Shown piece after piece: positions 36,076-45,230 of a DNA stretch of 64,000 bases. Source of the stretch: an uncultured Eubacteriales bacterium (GTDB lineage: Bacteria > Bacillota > Clostridia > Christensenellales > Aristaeellaceae); NCBI GenBank assembly GCA_902801765.1, contig CADCJO010000001.1, positions 37,935 through 101,934 of the forward strand, written 5' to 3'. The notes beneath the pieces are model-generated. The model did not search any database, was not told where the DNA came from, and saw only the letters and a list, made by a program, of their open reading frames with translations. The position numbers were made by a program, and so were the translations under genes. How positions within the stretch are numbered: position 1 is the first letter of the stretch; every line of letters starts with the position of its first letter.

Positions 36076-36768
36076 TTATTTATCCAGATATGCGGGCCGC
36101 ATATACAGGCCCAGTGGACGCAGCGGGGCAATGCCCGCGATGTCCTCCGGGGCGATGATGCCCGCGGGATAACAGGTGAATAATAAGGGAATGTTCATTT
36201 CATGGGAAAGCGTTTGGGCTTTTTCGTACCCTTCCCGGATAATCTCCGCCGTGGTTTCCCGCAGCAGGTGGGTATTGTTCACCAGGCCGGTCACGGGGAT
36301 TTGCAGTTCGTTCTGAATCGCTTCCACGTGCTCCCGGCTGCTTTCCACATCCCGGGTTTCATACCGGCGGAAATTCACCACCGCCCACAGCTCGTGATCA
36401 TTTCCCCGAAAGTATTTGCCAAACTGGCGCAGCACCCGCGCCCCGGCGTCGTTGCCGCCCAGGTCAATGATGGTCTGGCATCCTTCGTCCTCCAGCGGCG
36501 CGCGCAGGGCGGCGGTCAGGGCGGGCAGCTCGGCGGTTGCGCCTGTGGAATTGTAGGCGTCGCCATAGAGCGCGATGCCGTTTTCCTCCAGCAGCGCCTT
36601 GCGCTCCCGGGAACGGAAGTAGGGGTTCGCCACGTCCAGATCCACCACGGCCAGCCGGGGCCAGGCCCGCTTCGTTTCCTTGGCCAGATCCAGGGCCAGG
36701 CTCACGGCCAGCTCGGTCTTCCCGCTGCCGTAGTGCCCGGCGATCACGATCATCCGTTTCAAGGCCAT
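36076..36768 (-). CDS. Uncharacterised SIMIBI-type P-loop NTPase, first gene of the OFOR operon
   Basis: Walker A IAGHYGSGKT and Walker-B-like TIIDLGGND. No TM and no HTH. It ends 30 nt upstream of the delta-subunit gene, and a promoter lies upstream of it. Confidence 0.7.
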   Translation of the reverse strand: MALKRMIVIAGHYGSGKTELAVSLALDLAKETKRAWPRLAVVDLDVANPYFRSRERKALLEENGIALYGDAYNSTGATAELPALTAALRAPLEDEGCQTIIDLGGNDAGARVLRQFGKYFRGNDHELWAVVNFRRYETRDVESSREHVEAIQNELQIPVTGLVNNTHLLRETTAEIIREGYEKAQTLSHEMNIPLLFTCYPAGIIAPEDIAGIAPLRPLGLYMRPAYLDK

Positions 36769-36797
36769 TCCCCCTTCCCTGCCAAGTGTCTCCTGTC

Positions 36798-36826
36798 ATT
36801 ATGGCGCGGTAGTCGATAAATGTCAA
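36798..36826 (-). promoter_or_regulatory. Promoter of the NTPase-OFOR operon
   Basis: Minus strand: TTGACA - 17 nt - CATAAT. Confidence 0.5.
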
Positions 36827-36870
36827 CCCGATATGATTGTATTTCTTTTGTTTATACTGAAATAGATATT

Positions 36871-36907
36871 AAAAGAGCAAAAGGGCAATGCGGCTCTTTT
36901 GCTCCCG
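36871..36907 (-). terminator. Terminator of trpS
   Basis: Minus strand: GAGCAAAAGAGCC-gcattgcc-CTTTTGCTC followed by TTTTAAT. Confidence 0.65.
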
Positions 36908-36952
36908 TATGCTGATGGAAAACAAGGAAGAAACGAAGGACTGCCGCTTGCT

Positions 36953-37960
36953 TTACACTTGATACAGCCCGACCTTTTTATAAACCTTCCGCAGGGTCTT
37001 CTGTGCAAGGTAAGCGGCCCGTTCCGCGTTGCGCTTGAGCATGGCGTTCATGCCTTCCTTGTCGGCGATAATGGCGTTGTAGCACTCCTGGATGGGCGTC
37101 AGTTCTTCGATGACCGCATCGGTGACGGCTTCCTTCAAAGCGCCGTAGCCCAGACCGGAGAGGGAAGAAACCGTCTCCTCCATACTCTGCTTTTTGAGCA
37201 CGCTCAGGATGGTGAGCAGGTTGGAGACGCCGGGCTTGGTTTCCGGATCATAGCGGATTTCCCCATCGCTGTCGGTGACGGCGCGCTTGAGCTTGCGGCG
37301 GATGTCCTCCGGCTTGTCCAGCACGGCGATGAAGGTGTCCTCCGGGTCGGACTTGCTCATCTTCTTGGTGGGCTCGGCCAGGCTCATGATCCTGGCAGTT
37401 GCCTTGGGAATATATGGTTCGGGAATCGTGAACACGTCGCCGTAAATGCTGTTGAAGCGCTGAGCGATGTCGCGGCAGATTTCCACGTGCTGCTTCTGGT
37501 CGCCTCCCACGGGCACCAGGTTGGTCTGGTACAATAGAATGTCGGAGGCCATCAGCACGGGATAATCGAACAGGCCGGCATTGATGTTGTCGGCGTGCTT
37601 GGCGGACTTATCCTTGAACTGGGTCATACGGGAAAGCTCGCCCATGTAGGTGTAGCAGTTCAGAATCCAGGCCAGCTCCGCGTGGGCGGGCACATGGCTC
37701 TGGCAATAGATGATGTTCTTGTCGGGATCAAGGCCGCAGGCCACGTAAATGGCTGCCAGGGACACGGTGCGCTTGCGCAGCTCTGCGGGATTCTGGCGCA
37801 CGGTCAGGGTGTGCAGATCCGCCATGCAGTACAGGCAGTCCGCGTCGTCAAAAAGAGAAAAATTGCGCAGCGCGCCGATGTAGTTGCCCAACGTAATATT
37901 GCCGGAGGGCTGAATGCCCGAAAAAACCACTTTCCTTTTTTCAGTTGCCTGATTTTCCAT
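36953..37960 (-). CDS. trpS: Tryptophan--tRNA ligase
   Basis: FSGIQPSGNITLGNYIGA (HIGH-like region) and KMSKS motif (KKMSKSD). Start ATG 37960 behind AGGGGGA. Confidence 0.95.
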   Translation of the reverse strand: MENQATEKRKVVFSGIQPSGNITLGNYIGALRNFSLFDDADCLYCMADLHTLTVRQNPAELRKRTVSLAAIYVACGLDPDKNIIYCQSHVPAHAELAWILNCYTYMGELSRMTQFKDKSAKHADNINAGLFDYPVLMASDILLYQTNLVPVGGDQKQHVEICRDIAQRFNSIYGDVFTIPEPYIPKATARIMSLAEPTKKMSKSDPEDTFIAVLDKPEDIRRKLKRAVTDSDGEIRYDPETKPGVSNLLTILSVLKKQSMEETVSSLSGLGYGALKEAVTDAVIEELTPIQECYNAIIADKEGMNAMLKRNAERAAYLAQKTLRKVYKKVGLYQV

Positions 37961-38144
37961 TTGTTTGAATCCCCCTGTTCGCATTGGTTGTTAATCCTTC
38001 GTATTATAGCATGAATCTCCAATGCTGTAAAGCAAAACCGCAGCAGTATTTTCACGCAAAGTTTTCTTCATTTACCTTCGTTTTCCTTTATTTTTCCTTT
38101 TCTTTTGCTTCTGTATCATGTATAATATGGATCAGGGAGGAAAC

Positions 38145-39446
38145 ATGATGCACTATTCTGACGACGCTTCCAGCTTTGTTCTGCTGAGTGAAGCGGTGCC
38201 TGACGCGATTCTGGAAATCCGATACCATTCCACCTACAATTTCGTAGGCGACCGCATCGAGGGCTATGAGGAACCGATCGCGCTGCTGACCAAGGAAGCA
38301 GCGTATGCTTTGCGAAAAGTAAGCGAAGAAATGATCCGGCATGGTTACAGACTCAAGGTTTTCGACGCCTATCGCCCGCAGATGGCAGTATCCCATTTCA
38401 TGCGATGGGCACAGAGCTTTGAAGATACCCGCATGAAGAAATACTTTTATCCCTCACTGGAAAAGGAACAGCTGATTCCCCAGGGATATATCGCAGAGCA
38501 TTCCGGCCACACCAGAGGCAGCACGATCGATTTGACGCTGTTTGACATGACCGCCGAAAAGGAAGTGGACATGGGAGGTCCCTTTGATTTCTTCGGCGAG
38601 ATAAGCCATCCGGACTGCAGGAGCGTCACGGAAGAACAGTATCGCAGCCGCATGCGCCTGCGCGGCGCGATGCTGGCCCATGGCTTCAAGCCCATTGAGG
38701 AGGAATGGTGGCACTTCACCCTGGCGGAGGAGCCTTTCCCGGACACGTATTTTACCTTCCCGGTCTGCCGCGCTTCCGTTGAAGGCACGAATGCGCTGTA
38801 CGCCGCGTCGCAGCCCGTGGCTGATTCCCCGGACTGGGTGAAAGCATTGCCTGCCGCGCAGGACGCCGACCAGCTCTTTGTGGTCGCGGCCAGTGGGATA
38901 GATCAGACCACAGCCTGCGTTACCATGCATGAGAGGAATGCCTCCGGCGTCTGGAAGCAGATTCTGTCCACCCCCGGATTCGTAGGCAAAAATGGCCTGT
39001 GCCCGGACGCTGATCATTTCGAGGGCTGCGGCCGGACACCGATGGGCGTGTACCGGTTCAATCAAGCGTTCGGCATCGCCGCGGACCCCGGCTGTGCTCT
39101 CCCCTATGTTCAAGCAGATGAGAACACCTATTGGTCCGGCGACCCAGCCCGGCAGTATAACCGGATGGTCAGCATCCGCGACGTGCCGGAGTTGAATAAG
39201 GATGAAAGCGAGCACATCCTGGATTATGCCTATCAGTACCGCTATTGCCTGAACATCAGCTTTAATGAAGAGGGCACGCCGGGCCGAGGCTCCGCTATTT
39301 TCCTGCACTGCTTCGGCGTACAGAACCCCTGGACAGGCGGATGTGTGGCGATTCCCGAATACTTCATGAAGCAGGTGATCAAGTCTGTGCGGCGAAGCTG
39401 CGTCGTGGTCATCGGCACGATGGAAGGCTTGAACGCCGGGCGCTGA
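38145..39446 (+). CDS. Fusion protein: M15D D-Ala-D-Ala dipeptidase (VanX/DdpX-like) + YkuD-like L,D-transpeptidase-fold domain
   Basis: N-terminal half has FDAYRP, HSGHTRGSTIDLTLFD and EEWWHFTL. C-terminal half has GRGSAIFLHCFG....TGGCVAIP. No signal peptide. Start ATG 38145 behind GGGAGG. Confidence 0.75.
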   Translation: MMHYSDDASSFVLLSEAVPDAILEIRYHSTYNFVGDRIEGYEEPIALLTKEAAYALRKVSEEMIRHGYRLKVFDAYRPQMAVSHFMRWAQSFEDTRMKKYFYPSLEKEQLIPQGYIAEHSGHTRGSTIDLTLFDMTAEKEVDMGGPFDFFGEISHPDCRSVTEEQYRSRMRLRGAMLAHGFKPIEEEWWHFTLAEEPFPDTYFTFPVCRASVEGTNALYAASQPVADSPDWVKALPAAQDADQLFVVAASGIDQTTACVTMHERNASGVWKQILSTPGFVGKNGLCPDADHFEGCGRTPMGVYRFNQAFGIAADPGCALPYVQADENTYWSGDPARQYNRMVSIRDVPELNKDESEHILDYAYQYRYCLNISFNEEGTPGRGSAIFLHCFGVQNPWTGGCVAIPEYFMKQVIKSVRRSCVVVIGTMEGLNAGR

Positions 39447-39501
39447 AACGATTGCAGGGAAACCGTAATTAAATCAGCAAAAGCTGAGAGGAGGATCCCT
39501 T

Positions 39502-40134
39502 ATGTCAAAACGCTTTTTGATCGTTCTTTTTGCCCTGCTGCTGACATCGCTCGCTTCATCCGCTCTGGCAGAAACTATGTATGTCGTCACCCAGGACGGC
39601 GATCCGCTGAACGTCCGCGATCAGCCGTTTATCAGCGCTGATACGCTTATCGGCAGCTTGGAAAACCATTCGGCGGTCAATGTTCTTTCCATCGATTCCA
39701 ACGGCTGGGCAAAAATCGAGTATTGGCCGGAGGACGGCAGGATGATCCACGCCTATGTGTCAAGCCGGTATCTTTCCTACGACAGAGACGGCTATTACCG
39801 CAGCGAACAATCCAACGTGCCGCTGCCCACGGCAGTGCCCAAGGAATCCAAGGACAATGCCATGGAGGAGCTGAACGCCGAGCTGAAATCGGTGAAGTCG
39901 GTGCCTGTATCTTTTACCGTGCTGGTTCGTCCTTCCCGCGCGACCGGAAGGGTCAATCTTCGCTGGGCGCCGAACAACAAAACCCGCGCGATCTGCACCT
40001 ATCCTGCCAATTATAAGCTAACCGTCATCGCGGAAACCAACAACTGGTATCAGGTGCAGGACCCCGTGCAGGGAAATGTCGGCTTCATATCAAAAAAGCT
40101 GGTAACGGTCGTGCTGCCCGAGCTGGAAGAATAA
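39502..40134 (+). CDS. Secreted protein with two SH3b-like domains
   Basis: Signal peptide MSKRFLIVLFALLLTSLASSALA. Two '...LNVRD.P......IG.L......V......GWAKIEY' / 'VNLRWAP...NNWYQVQD...GFISKKLV' modules. Confidence 0.7.
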   Translation: MSKRFLIVLFALLLTSLASSALAETMYVVTQDGDPLNVRDQPFISADTLIGSLENHSAVNVLSIDSNGWAKIEYWPEDGRMIHAYVSSRYLSYDRDGYYRSEQSNVPLPTAVPKESKDNAMEELNAELKSVKSVPVSFTVLVRPSRATGRVNLRWAPNNKTRAICTYPANYKLTVIAETNNWYQVQDPVQGNVGFISKKLVTVVLPELEE

Positions 40135-40150
40135 TCGCTTTTGCAGCGGA

Positions 40151-40177
40151 CTGCTCCGATGAACGGGGCAGTTTTTT
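40151..40177 (+). terminator. Terminator after the SH3b gene
   Basis: CTGCTCCG-atgaa-CGGGGCAG followed by TTTTTT. Confidence 0.6.
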
Positions 40178-40303
40178 CTATACCGATTATGATATTTCAA
40201 TTGTTTGTAACCAATTTGTGAAAAAGCTGTGTTATAATATAAAATGCTGTGATTTGTAGAACGGAGATTGCAGCATTCACCGAAAGGGAAGGGAGCCGCT
40301 CGA

Positions 40304-42049
40304 ATGATTCGAAAACTGATCAGGCAAATGCTGGCCGCGCAGACCCTGTCCGCGCTGACGGTATCATTGTGCCTGTTAATTGATAACATCATGATCTGCC
40401 GCTTTTTGGGTGTTCAGGCCACCGCCGCTTATGGGCTGGCCAATCCCGTTTTGCTTGCGATCGGGGCTATCGGCGCGCTGCTGGCCGCGGGTGTGCAGGT
40501 AACATGCAGCAAATCCTTGGGAAGCGGCTCCAAGGAGGAAACTGATCGGGGGTATTCCTCCGCTCTCGCGCTGATGGTCGGTATTTCCGCGGTTTTCATG
40601 GCGCTGGTGCTGATTCTCCGCGATCCTCTGTCCACCATAATGGGAGCGGGCAGAGAAGGCGAGCTGTTTGACATGACGCGGGATTACCTGGCGGGCTTTA
40701 TCATTGGGGCGCCTGGTTCCATGGGCGCTTTGGTGCTGGTGCCGTTTTTGCAGATGGCCGGGCAGAGCAACCTGCTGATTGTGGCGGTACTGGTCATGAC
40801 GGTAACGGACGTTGGCTTTGACCTGCTGAGCGTGCTGGTATTCCACGGCGGCATGTTCGGAATGGGGCTGGCCTCCTCCCTCAGCTATTACGCCGCGATG
40901 CTGGTCACGCTGGGTTATTTTCTCTCCAAAAAATGCGTTTTCTCTTTTTCCTTTAAGAATATATCCGGCAAGAAAATCCGTGAACTGTTTGTGGGCGGAG
41001 TACCTGCTCTTTTCTCCATGGCGTCTTCGGTGGCGCTGGTGTTCATCCTGAATAAAATCCTGCTCGCAGTAGGCGGCAGCGATGCGGTAGCGGCATATAC
41101 CGTGCTGGCCGGCATCGGAAACGCCAGCAACTGCATCACCACCGGCGTGGGCGGTGTGTCGCTGACGCTGTCCGGGATTTTATATCATGAAGAAGACCAG
41201 ACGGGGCTGAAAGAATTGCTGAAGCTGCTCACGCGCTGCGCCGTACTGCTGGGCGCGGTGATGGGCGCGCTGCTGACAGTGTTTGCCCCGCTGTTTGTGC
41301 GCATCTTTTTGTCTGAACCGGGGCCGGTGCAGGACTTGACCATTCTGGGGGTACGTCTTTTTAGCTTGGGGCTGATGCCCTGCTGCGTCATCGGCGCGCT
41401 TAAAAACCTGTATCAGGGCACCGAGCGGGTGACGCTGACAGAAGCGATTTCTGTTATGGAGGGCGTGGCATTGCCCGCGCTTGCCGCCCTGCTGTTCAGC
41501 CGATTCTGGGGCGTAACCGGCGTGTGGCTGTTTTTTGGTGTGGGTGAGGCGCTGGCGCTGCTTTGTATCGCAGTTTTCGTGTGGAAGAAAAACGGGAATA
41601 TTTCACTGTCCGCCCAGTCCTTTTTGCTGCTGAAAAAAGATTTCGGTGTGGAACCGAAGAATCTGCTGGAAATGGACATTCAATCGCTCCAGGATGTAAA
41701 AGGAGCGGTTGCTTCGGCGGAAAGCTTCTGCCGCATTCACGGGCAAAGCGCGAAAATGTGCAACCATATCGCACTGTGTATCGAGGAAATGGCAAGCAAC
41801 ACAGTTCAGCACGGTTTTGCGGAAGGAAAGAAAAACCATCTTTCCATCCGGGTGCAGCATAAGCAGGATCGCTGGGTGCTGCGCTTCCGGGATGACTGTC
41901 AGGCGTTCGACCCAGTCAGCTACGTGCCAAAGGAAAACGGTAAAGAACCGTTGGGGATCCGTTTGGTCATGGCCATGGCCGACGACATCCGGTATACCTA
42001 TTCCCTGAATCTGAACAACCTGACCATCAAGCTGCAGGCCAAACACTGA
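40304..42049 (+). CDS. Fusion protein: MATE efflux transporter + C-terminal SpoIIAB/RsbW-like HATPase domain
   Basis: About 440 aa of 12-TM MatE body. Then ...CIEEMASNTVQHGF (N-box), RFRDDCQAFDP (G1-like) and GIRLVMAMADDIRY (G2-like). Start ATG 40304 behind GGGAAGGGAG. Confidence 0.75.
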   Translation: MIRKLIRQMLAAQTLSALTVSLCLLIDNIMICRFLGVQATAAYGLANPVLLAIGAIGALLAAGVQVTCSKSLGSGSKEETDRGYSSALALMVGISAVFMALVLILRDPLSTIMGAGREGELFDMTRDYLAGFIIGAPGSMGALVLVPFLQMAGQSNLLIVAVLVMTVTDVGFDLLSVLVFHGGMFGMGLASSLSYYAAMLVTLGYFLSKKCVFSFSFKNISGKKIRELFVGGVPALFSMASSVALVFILNKILLAVGGSDAVAAYTVLAGIGNASNCITTGVGGVSLTLSGILYHEEDQTGLKELLKLLTRCAVLLGAVMGALLTVFAPLFVRIFLSEPGPVQDLTILGVRLFSLGLMPCCVIGALKNLYQGTERVTLTEAISVMEGVALPALAALLFSRFWGVTGVWLFFGVGEALALLCIAVFVWKKNGNISLSAQSFLLLKKDFGVEPKNLLEMDIQSLQDVKGAVASAESFCRIHGQSAKMCNHIALCIEEMASNTVQHGFAEGKKNHLSIRVQHKQDRWVLRFRDDCQAFDPVSYVPKENGKEPLGIRLVMAMADDIRYTYSLNLNNLTIKLQAKH

Positions 42050-42102
42050 CCGAAGGGGATGCCTGCCGTCCTGATGAGCGCCATCAAAGGAGAACAGCCC
42101 GC

Positions 42103-42657
42103 ATGAAATGGTTGATCGCCTCGGACATTCACGGTTCAGCGCTGTACTGTGAGCAGCTGCTGAACGCATATCAATCAGAAGGAGCGGATCGTCTTCTGCT
42201 GCTGGGGGATATCCTGTACCATGGCCCGCGAAATGATCTGCCGGAGGGCTACGCACCCAAAAGTGTGATCGCCCTGTTGAACCCGCTGCAAAAGGATCTT
42301 CTCTGCGTGCGCGGCAACTGCGATACGGAAGTGGATCAGATGGTGCTGGATTTTCCTATACTGGCGGACTATGCGCTTTTGTCCCTGGGCCGGAAAATGG
42401 TATTCATGACCCATGGCCATGTATATAACAGCACACACCTGCCGCCGCTGCATCCGGGCGATATCCTGCTGCACGGCCACACGCATGTGCCTGCCTGCGA
42501 GGAACACAGCAGCCGCATTTACCTGAACCCCGGCTCTGTGTCCATCCCCAAAGCAGGCTCGCCAAGGAGCTATATGACGCTTGAGGACGGATTGTTCCAG
42601 TGGAAAACGCTGACAGGCGAAAGCTACCGGGAATACCGTGCCGTACCGGAAATGTAA
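42103..42657 (+). CDS. YfcE/MJ0936-family metallophosphoesterase
   Basis: IASDIHGS, LLGDILYHGPRN, GNCD, MTHGH and GHTH motifs. Confidence 0.85.
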   Translation: MKWLIASDIHGSALYCEQLLNAYQSEGADRLLLLGDILYHGPRNDLPEGYAPKSVIALLNPLQKDLLCVRGNCDTEVDQMVLDFPILADYALLSLGRKMVFMTHGHVYNSTHLPPLHPGDILLHGHTHVPACEEHSSRIYLNPGSVSIPKAGSPRSYMTLEDGLFQWKTLTGESYREYRAVPEM

Positions 42658-42734
42658 AAAAGACGGAAAAGGAGCATGAATCCGTCCGGCGCAAACGTTC
42701 TATGGATGATTTTTCCCAAAGGAGGCGAATGGTT

Positions 42735-43478
42735 ATGACTTCTGTTAAGACATTCATTCGGCATATCCTGTGCCCTTCGCTGGCACTGCTGACGCTGCTT
42801 TCCTGCGTCCCCGCTCAGGCGGATGACGGTTACGCATCGGGCACGACCCTGCTTCGCAGCCTGACCCACAACTGCCCCAATACCGGCATTATGCTGCCTG
42901 AAACGTTCAACCCTTACCAAACGACTTATCTGCTCACGGTGGCAAGCTGGGTATCCCGCCCAACGTTCACGCCCGTCGCCATGGACCCGAGTGCTTCCAT
43001 CTTTGTGAATGGTCAATACGTGCGCAGCGGCGAAACCAGTCCGGTCATTCCCATGACTGACGCCCCCCAGGCTGTGACCATCCAGGTCAGCAACGGGACG
43101 GCCTCCACCACTTATACCATCTATCTCCAGCGCCGTCCCAGCGAACGCCGTACCCGCGTTTCCGCAGGCTATATTCAGAACATCTATCTGAAAGGCACCA
43201 CCTGGCGCATCGACGCCGACCTGGTTACCATCAAATACAGCGGGAACGACTACAGCAGCGGCAACCTGTCCACCTTTACCAATAAAACCGTGGAGCACTA
43301 CGACTATGAGGTGGACCCCAACTGCCTGTTCTATTACGGCGTCAAGTCCAACTGCTACCGGGCCAATAATATTACCACTTTTATGAACACCTATCTGCAA
43401 TATGGCAGCCCGCTGTATACGATTGTTTACATTGAGGACAAGATCGTGGCGGTGTTCCCTTATGGCGCGGACTTTTAA
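42735..43478 (+). CDS. Secreted protein with cadherin-like beta-sandwich domain
   Basis: Signal peptide ...LALLTLLSCVPAQA. L.SL....G.MLPETFNPYQTTYLLTV......TFTPVA.D..ASIFVNG...TTYTIYLQR pattern. The start among ATG 42702/42729/42735 is uncertain. Confidence 0.65.
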   Translation: MTSVKTFIRHILCPSLALLTLLSCVPAQADDGYASGTTLLRSLTHNCPNTGIMLPETFNPYQTTYLLTVASWVSRPTFTPVAMDPSASIFVNGQYVRSGETSPVIPMTDAPQAVTIQVSNGTASTTYTIYLQRRPSERRTRVSAGYIQNIYLKGTTWRIDADLVTIKYSGNDYSSGNLSTFTNKTVEHYDYEVDPNCLFYYGVKSNCYRANNITTFMNTYLQYGSPLYTIVYIEDKIVAVFPYGADF

Positions 43479-43502
43479 AGCGCAGTATACCGTGAATAAA
43501 AA

Positions 43503-43548
43503 CAGAGCATTCTTTCGATCATAACGCGAAAGAATGCTCTGCCTTTTT
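43503..43548. terminator. Bidirectional terminator (convergent cadherin-like gene / mltG)
   Basis: CAGAGCATTCTTTCG-atcataacg-CGAAAGAATGCTCTG (15 bp), flanked by AAAAA and CCTTTTT. Confidence 0.75.
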
Positions 43549-43554
43549 GCTTGA

Positions 43555-44757
43555 TTACAATCCCTTTTCCCTGTCGTACGCCTGCCACAGCGGAGCGTAG
43601 ATGCTGACGGCCAGTTCGTGCTCCTGTAAGGTGCGGCTGAAATGCAGCTCGCCGGTGTTGGGGTCTTTGGAACAGAAATACAGGTATTCATCCTGCACAT
43701 ACTGTTCATCCGGATACAGCGCCGCGCGGATGGCTGCGGACGAGGGCGAACAGATCGGCCCCAGCGGCAGGCCCTTCACGAGATACGTGTTATACGGTGA
43801 AGCAATCTGCAAATCGCTGTCGGTCAGCGCCATGCGCTTGACGCCGCTCACATACTTGACCGTTACGTCGCTGCCCAGGGTCATATTCTTTTTCAGCCGG
43901 TTATGGAATACGGCGGATACTTTGGCAAAATCCGGATTCTTGGCTTCTTTCTCGATCATGGACGCCATGGTGATGACCTGATCCATGGTCATGCCCAGCG
44001 CCTCTGCCCGGGCATGATATTCTTCGTTGAACACCGCTTCCGTCTGACTCAGCAGCTTGCGGATCACATCCTCCGCTGTGGCGGTGGTATAGATTTCATA
44101 AGTATCCGGTGCCAGATACCCCTCCAGCGCAAACAGTCTTGACGCGGCGTTTGGCGATGAGAGCACGTCGGCAATATAGTAATAGGCTGAAAACGACGTG
44201 CCTCTCTGACACAGGCTGAGGAACTCCGTATCGTTTTCAATGACCTTCTGCTCCGTCAGGTACGCCCCAATGTCCCTGACCGTCCAGCCGGGAATGATGG
44301 TGATGTTCCGGGTGATGGGATTGCCGTCTCCGGTGGTGAGCAGCTCCATAATCTGCTGCATGGTCATATTCCGGCTGACCTTGTATTCACCGGACTGAAT
44401 CTTCTGGCCATAACCGAGAAAGTCCGCCACATATTTGAATACGGTGCGGTTATGAATCAATCCGGCTTCCTCCAGGTTATTGGCCACGCGGGTCAGGCTG
44501 CTGCCGGAAGACACCACAAAGGTGATTTCGTCATGATCCTCGGCGTCCACCGGCGCAAAAAAGCTGCGGTCGACCCAGTTCCAGCCGGCCATGACCACGC
44601 CCGCCACCACGACAGCCACACACAGCGCCAAGAGCAGCGGGCGCAGCGCCGTCCACAGCCAGCTGTACCAGAATACGCCATACTGCCTTTCCTCCCGAAG
44701 TTCCTCGGGTGAATAGTCCCGCTCCTTCTGATTTCTGTTCAACGCGTCCTCCTGCAA
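43555..44757 (-). CDS. mltG: Endolytic murein transglycosylase (YceG/MltG)
   Basis: N-terminal TM followed by a YceG domain (...ASMIEKEA..., ...LGSDVTV.Y..., SPYNTY...GLP.GPI..P). Confidence 0.85.
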   Translation of the reverse strand: MQEDALNRNQKERDYSPEELREERQYGVFWYSWLWTALRPLLLALCVAVVVAGVVMAGWNWVDRSFFAPVDAEDHDEITFVVSSGSSLTRVANNLEEAGLIHNRTVFKYVADFLGYGQKIQSGEYKVSRNMTMQQIMELLTTGDGNPITRNITIIPGWTVRDIGAYLTEQKVIENDTEFLSLCQRGTSFSAYYYIADVLSSPNAASRLFALEGYLAPDTYEIYTTATAEDVIRKLLSQTEAVFNEEYHARAEALGMTMDQVITMASMIEKEAKNPDFAKVSAVFHNRLKKNMTLGSDVTVKYVSGVKRMALTDSDLQIASPYNTYLVKGLPLGPICSPSSAAIRAALYPDEQYVQDEYLYFCSKDPNTGELHFSRTLQEHELAVSIYAPLWQAYDREKGL

Positions 44758-44760
44758 TGA

Positions 44761-45108
44761 TTACATTCCCGGCATCGGGATTTCCATGCCCGCAGCCCGG
44801 GTGAGGGTTTCAAAGATTTCGGCCATCATACGCTGCATTTTCATTTCCGCCATCAGGAAGCCCGACGTGCGGCTGTCCGCGAACAAAAGCATGTTCAAAG
44901 AATTGAAGCGCCGGGTCTCCTCCGCGTCCATTCCCTGGCCGGCAAGCAGACGCATCTGCATACTGGTCTGCATTTTGCGGTACTCCTGAATGAGTGCTTT
45001 GATGCCAGCATCCTCGTCGATTTCTTTTTTCAGCTGAATATATTCCCTGTATTCCGGGCTCTCCTGAATGGCCTGGGCCAACAGTTTGGCCGCTTCCATT
45101 GCCTGCAT
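44761..45108 (-). CDS. YlbF/YmcA family regulatory protein
   Basis: AIQESPEYREYIQLKKEIDED...IQEYRKMQ pattern. Start ATG 45108 behind GGAGGGA. Confidence 0.7.
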   Translation of the reverse strand: MQAMEAAKLLAQAIQESPEYREYIQLKKEIDEDAGIKALIQEYRKMQTSMQMRLLAGQGMDAEETRRFNSLNMLLFADSRTSGFLMAEMKMQRMMAEIFETLTRAAGMEIPMPGM

Positions 45109-45230
45109 AGTATTCCCTCCGATCAAGAAAACGATACGCCGCCGCATATTCTTCCCGCTTGTGCGGCGGCCAGATTCATTATAGCAGGAATCGACCGCTT
45201 TGAAAAGAGAAAAACCGGATGAAAAAAGCA

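Noticed and set aside
37961-38144. Possible T-box or other leader upstream of trpS
   Set aside because: The spacer is only ~180 nt and is shared with a divergent gene. No GGUGGUACCGCG-like T-box sequence, specifier stem or terminator was found.
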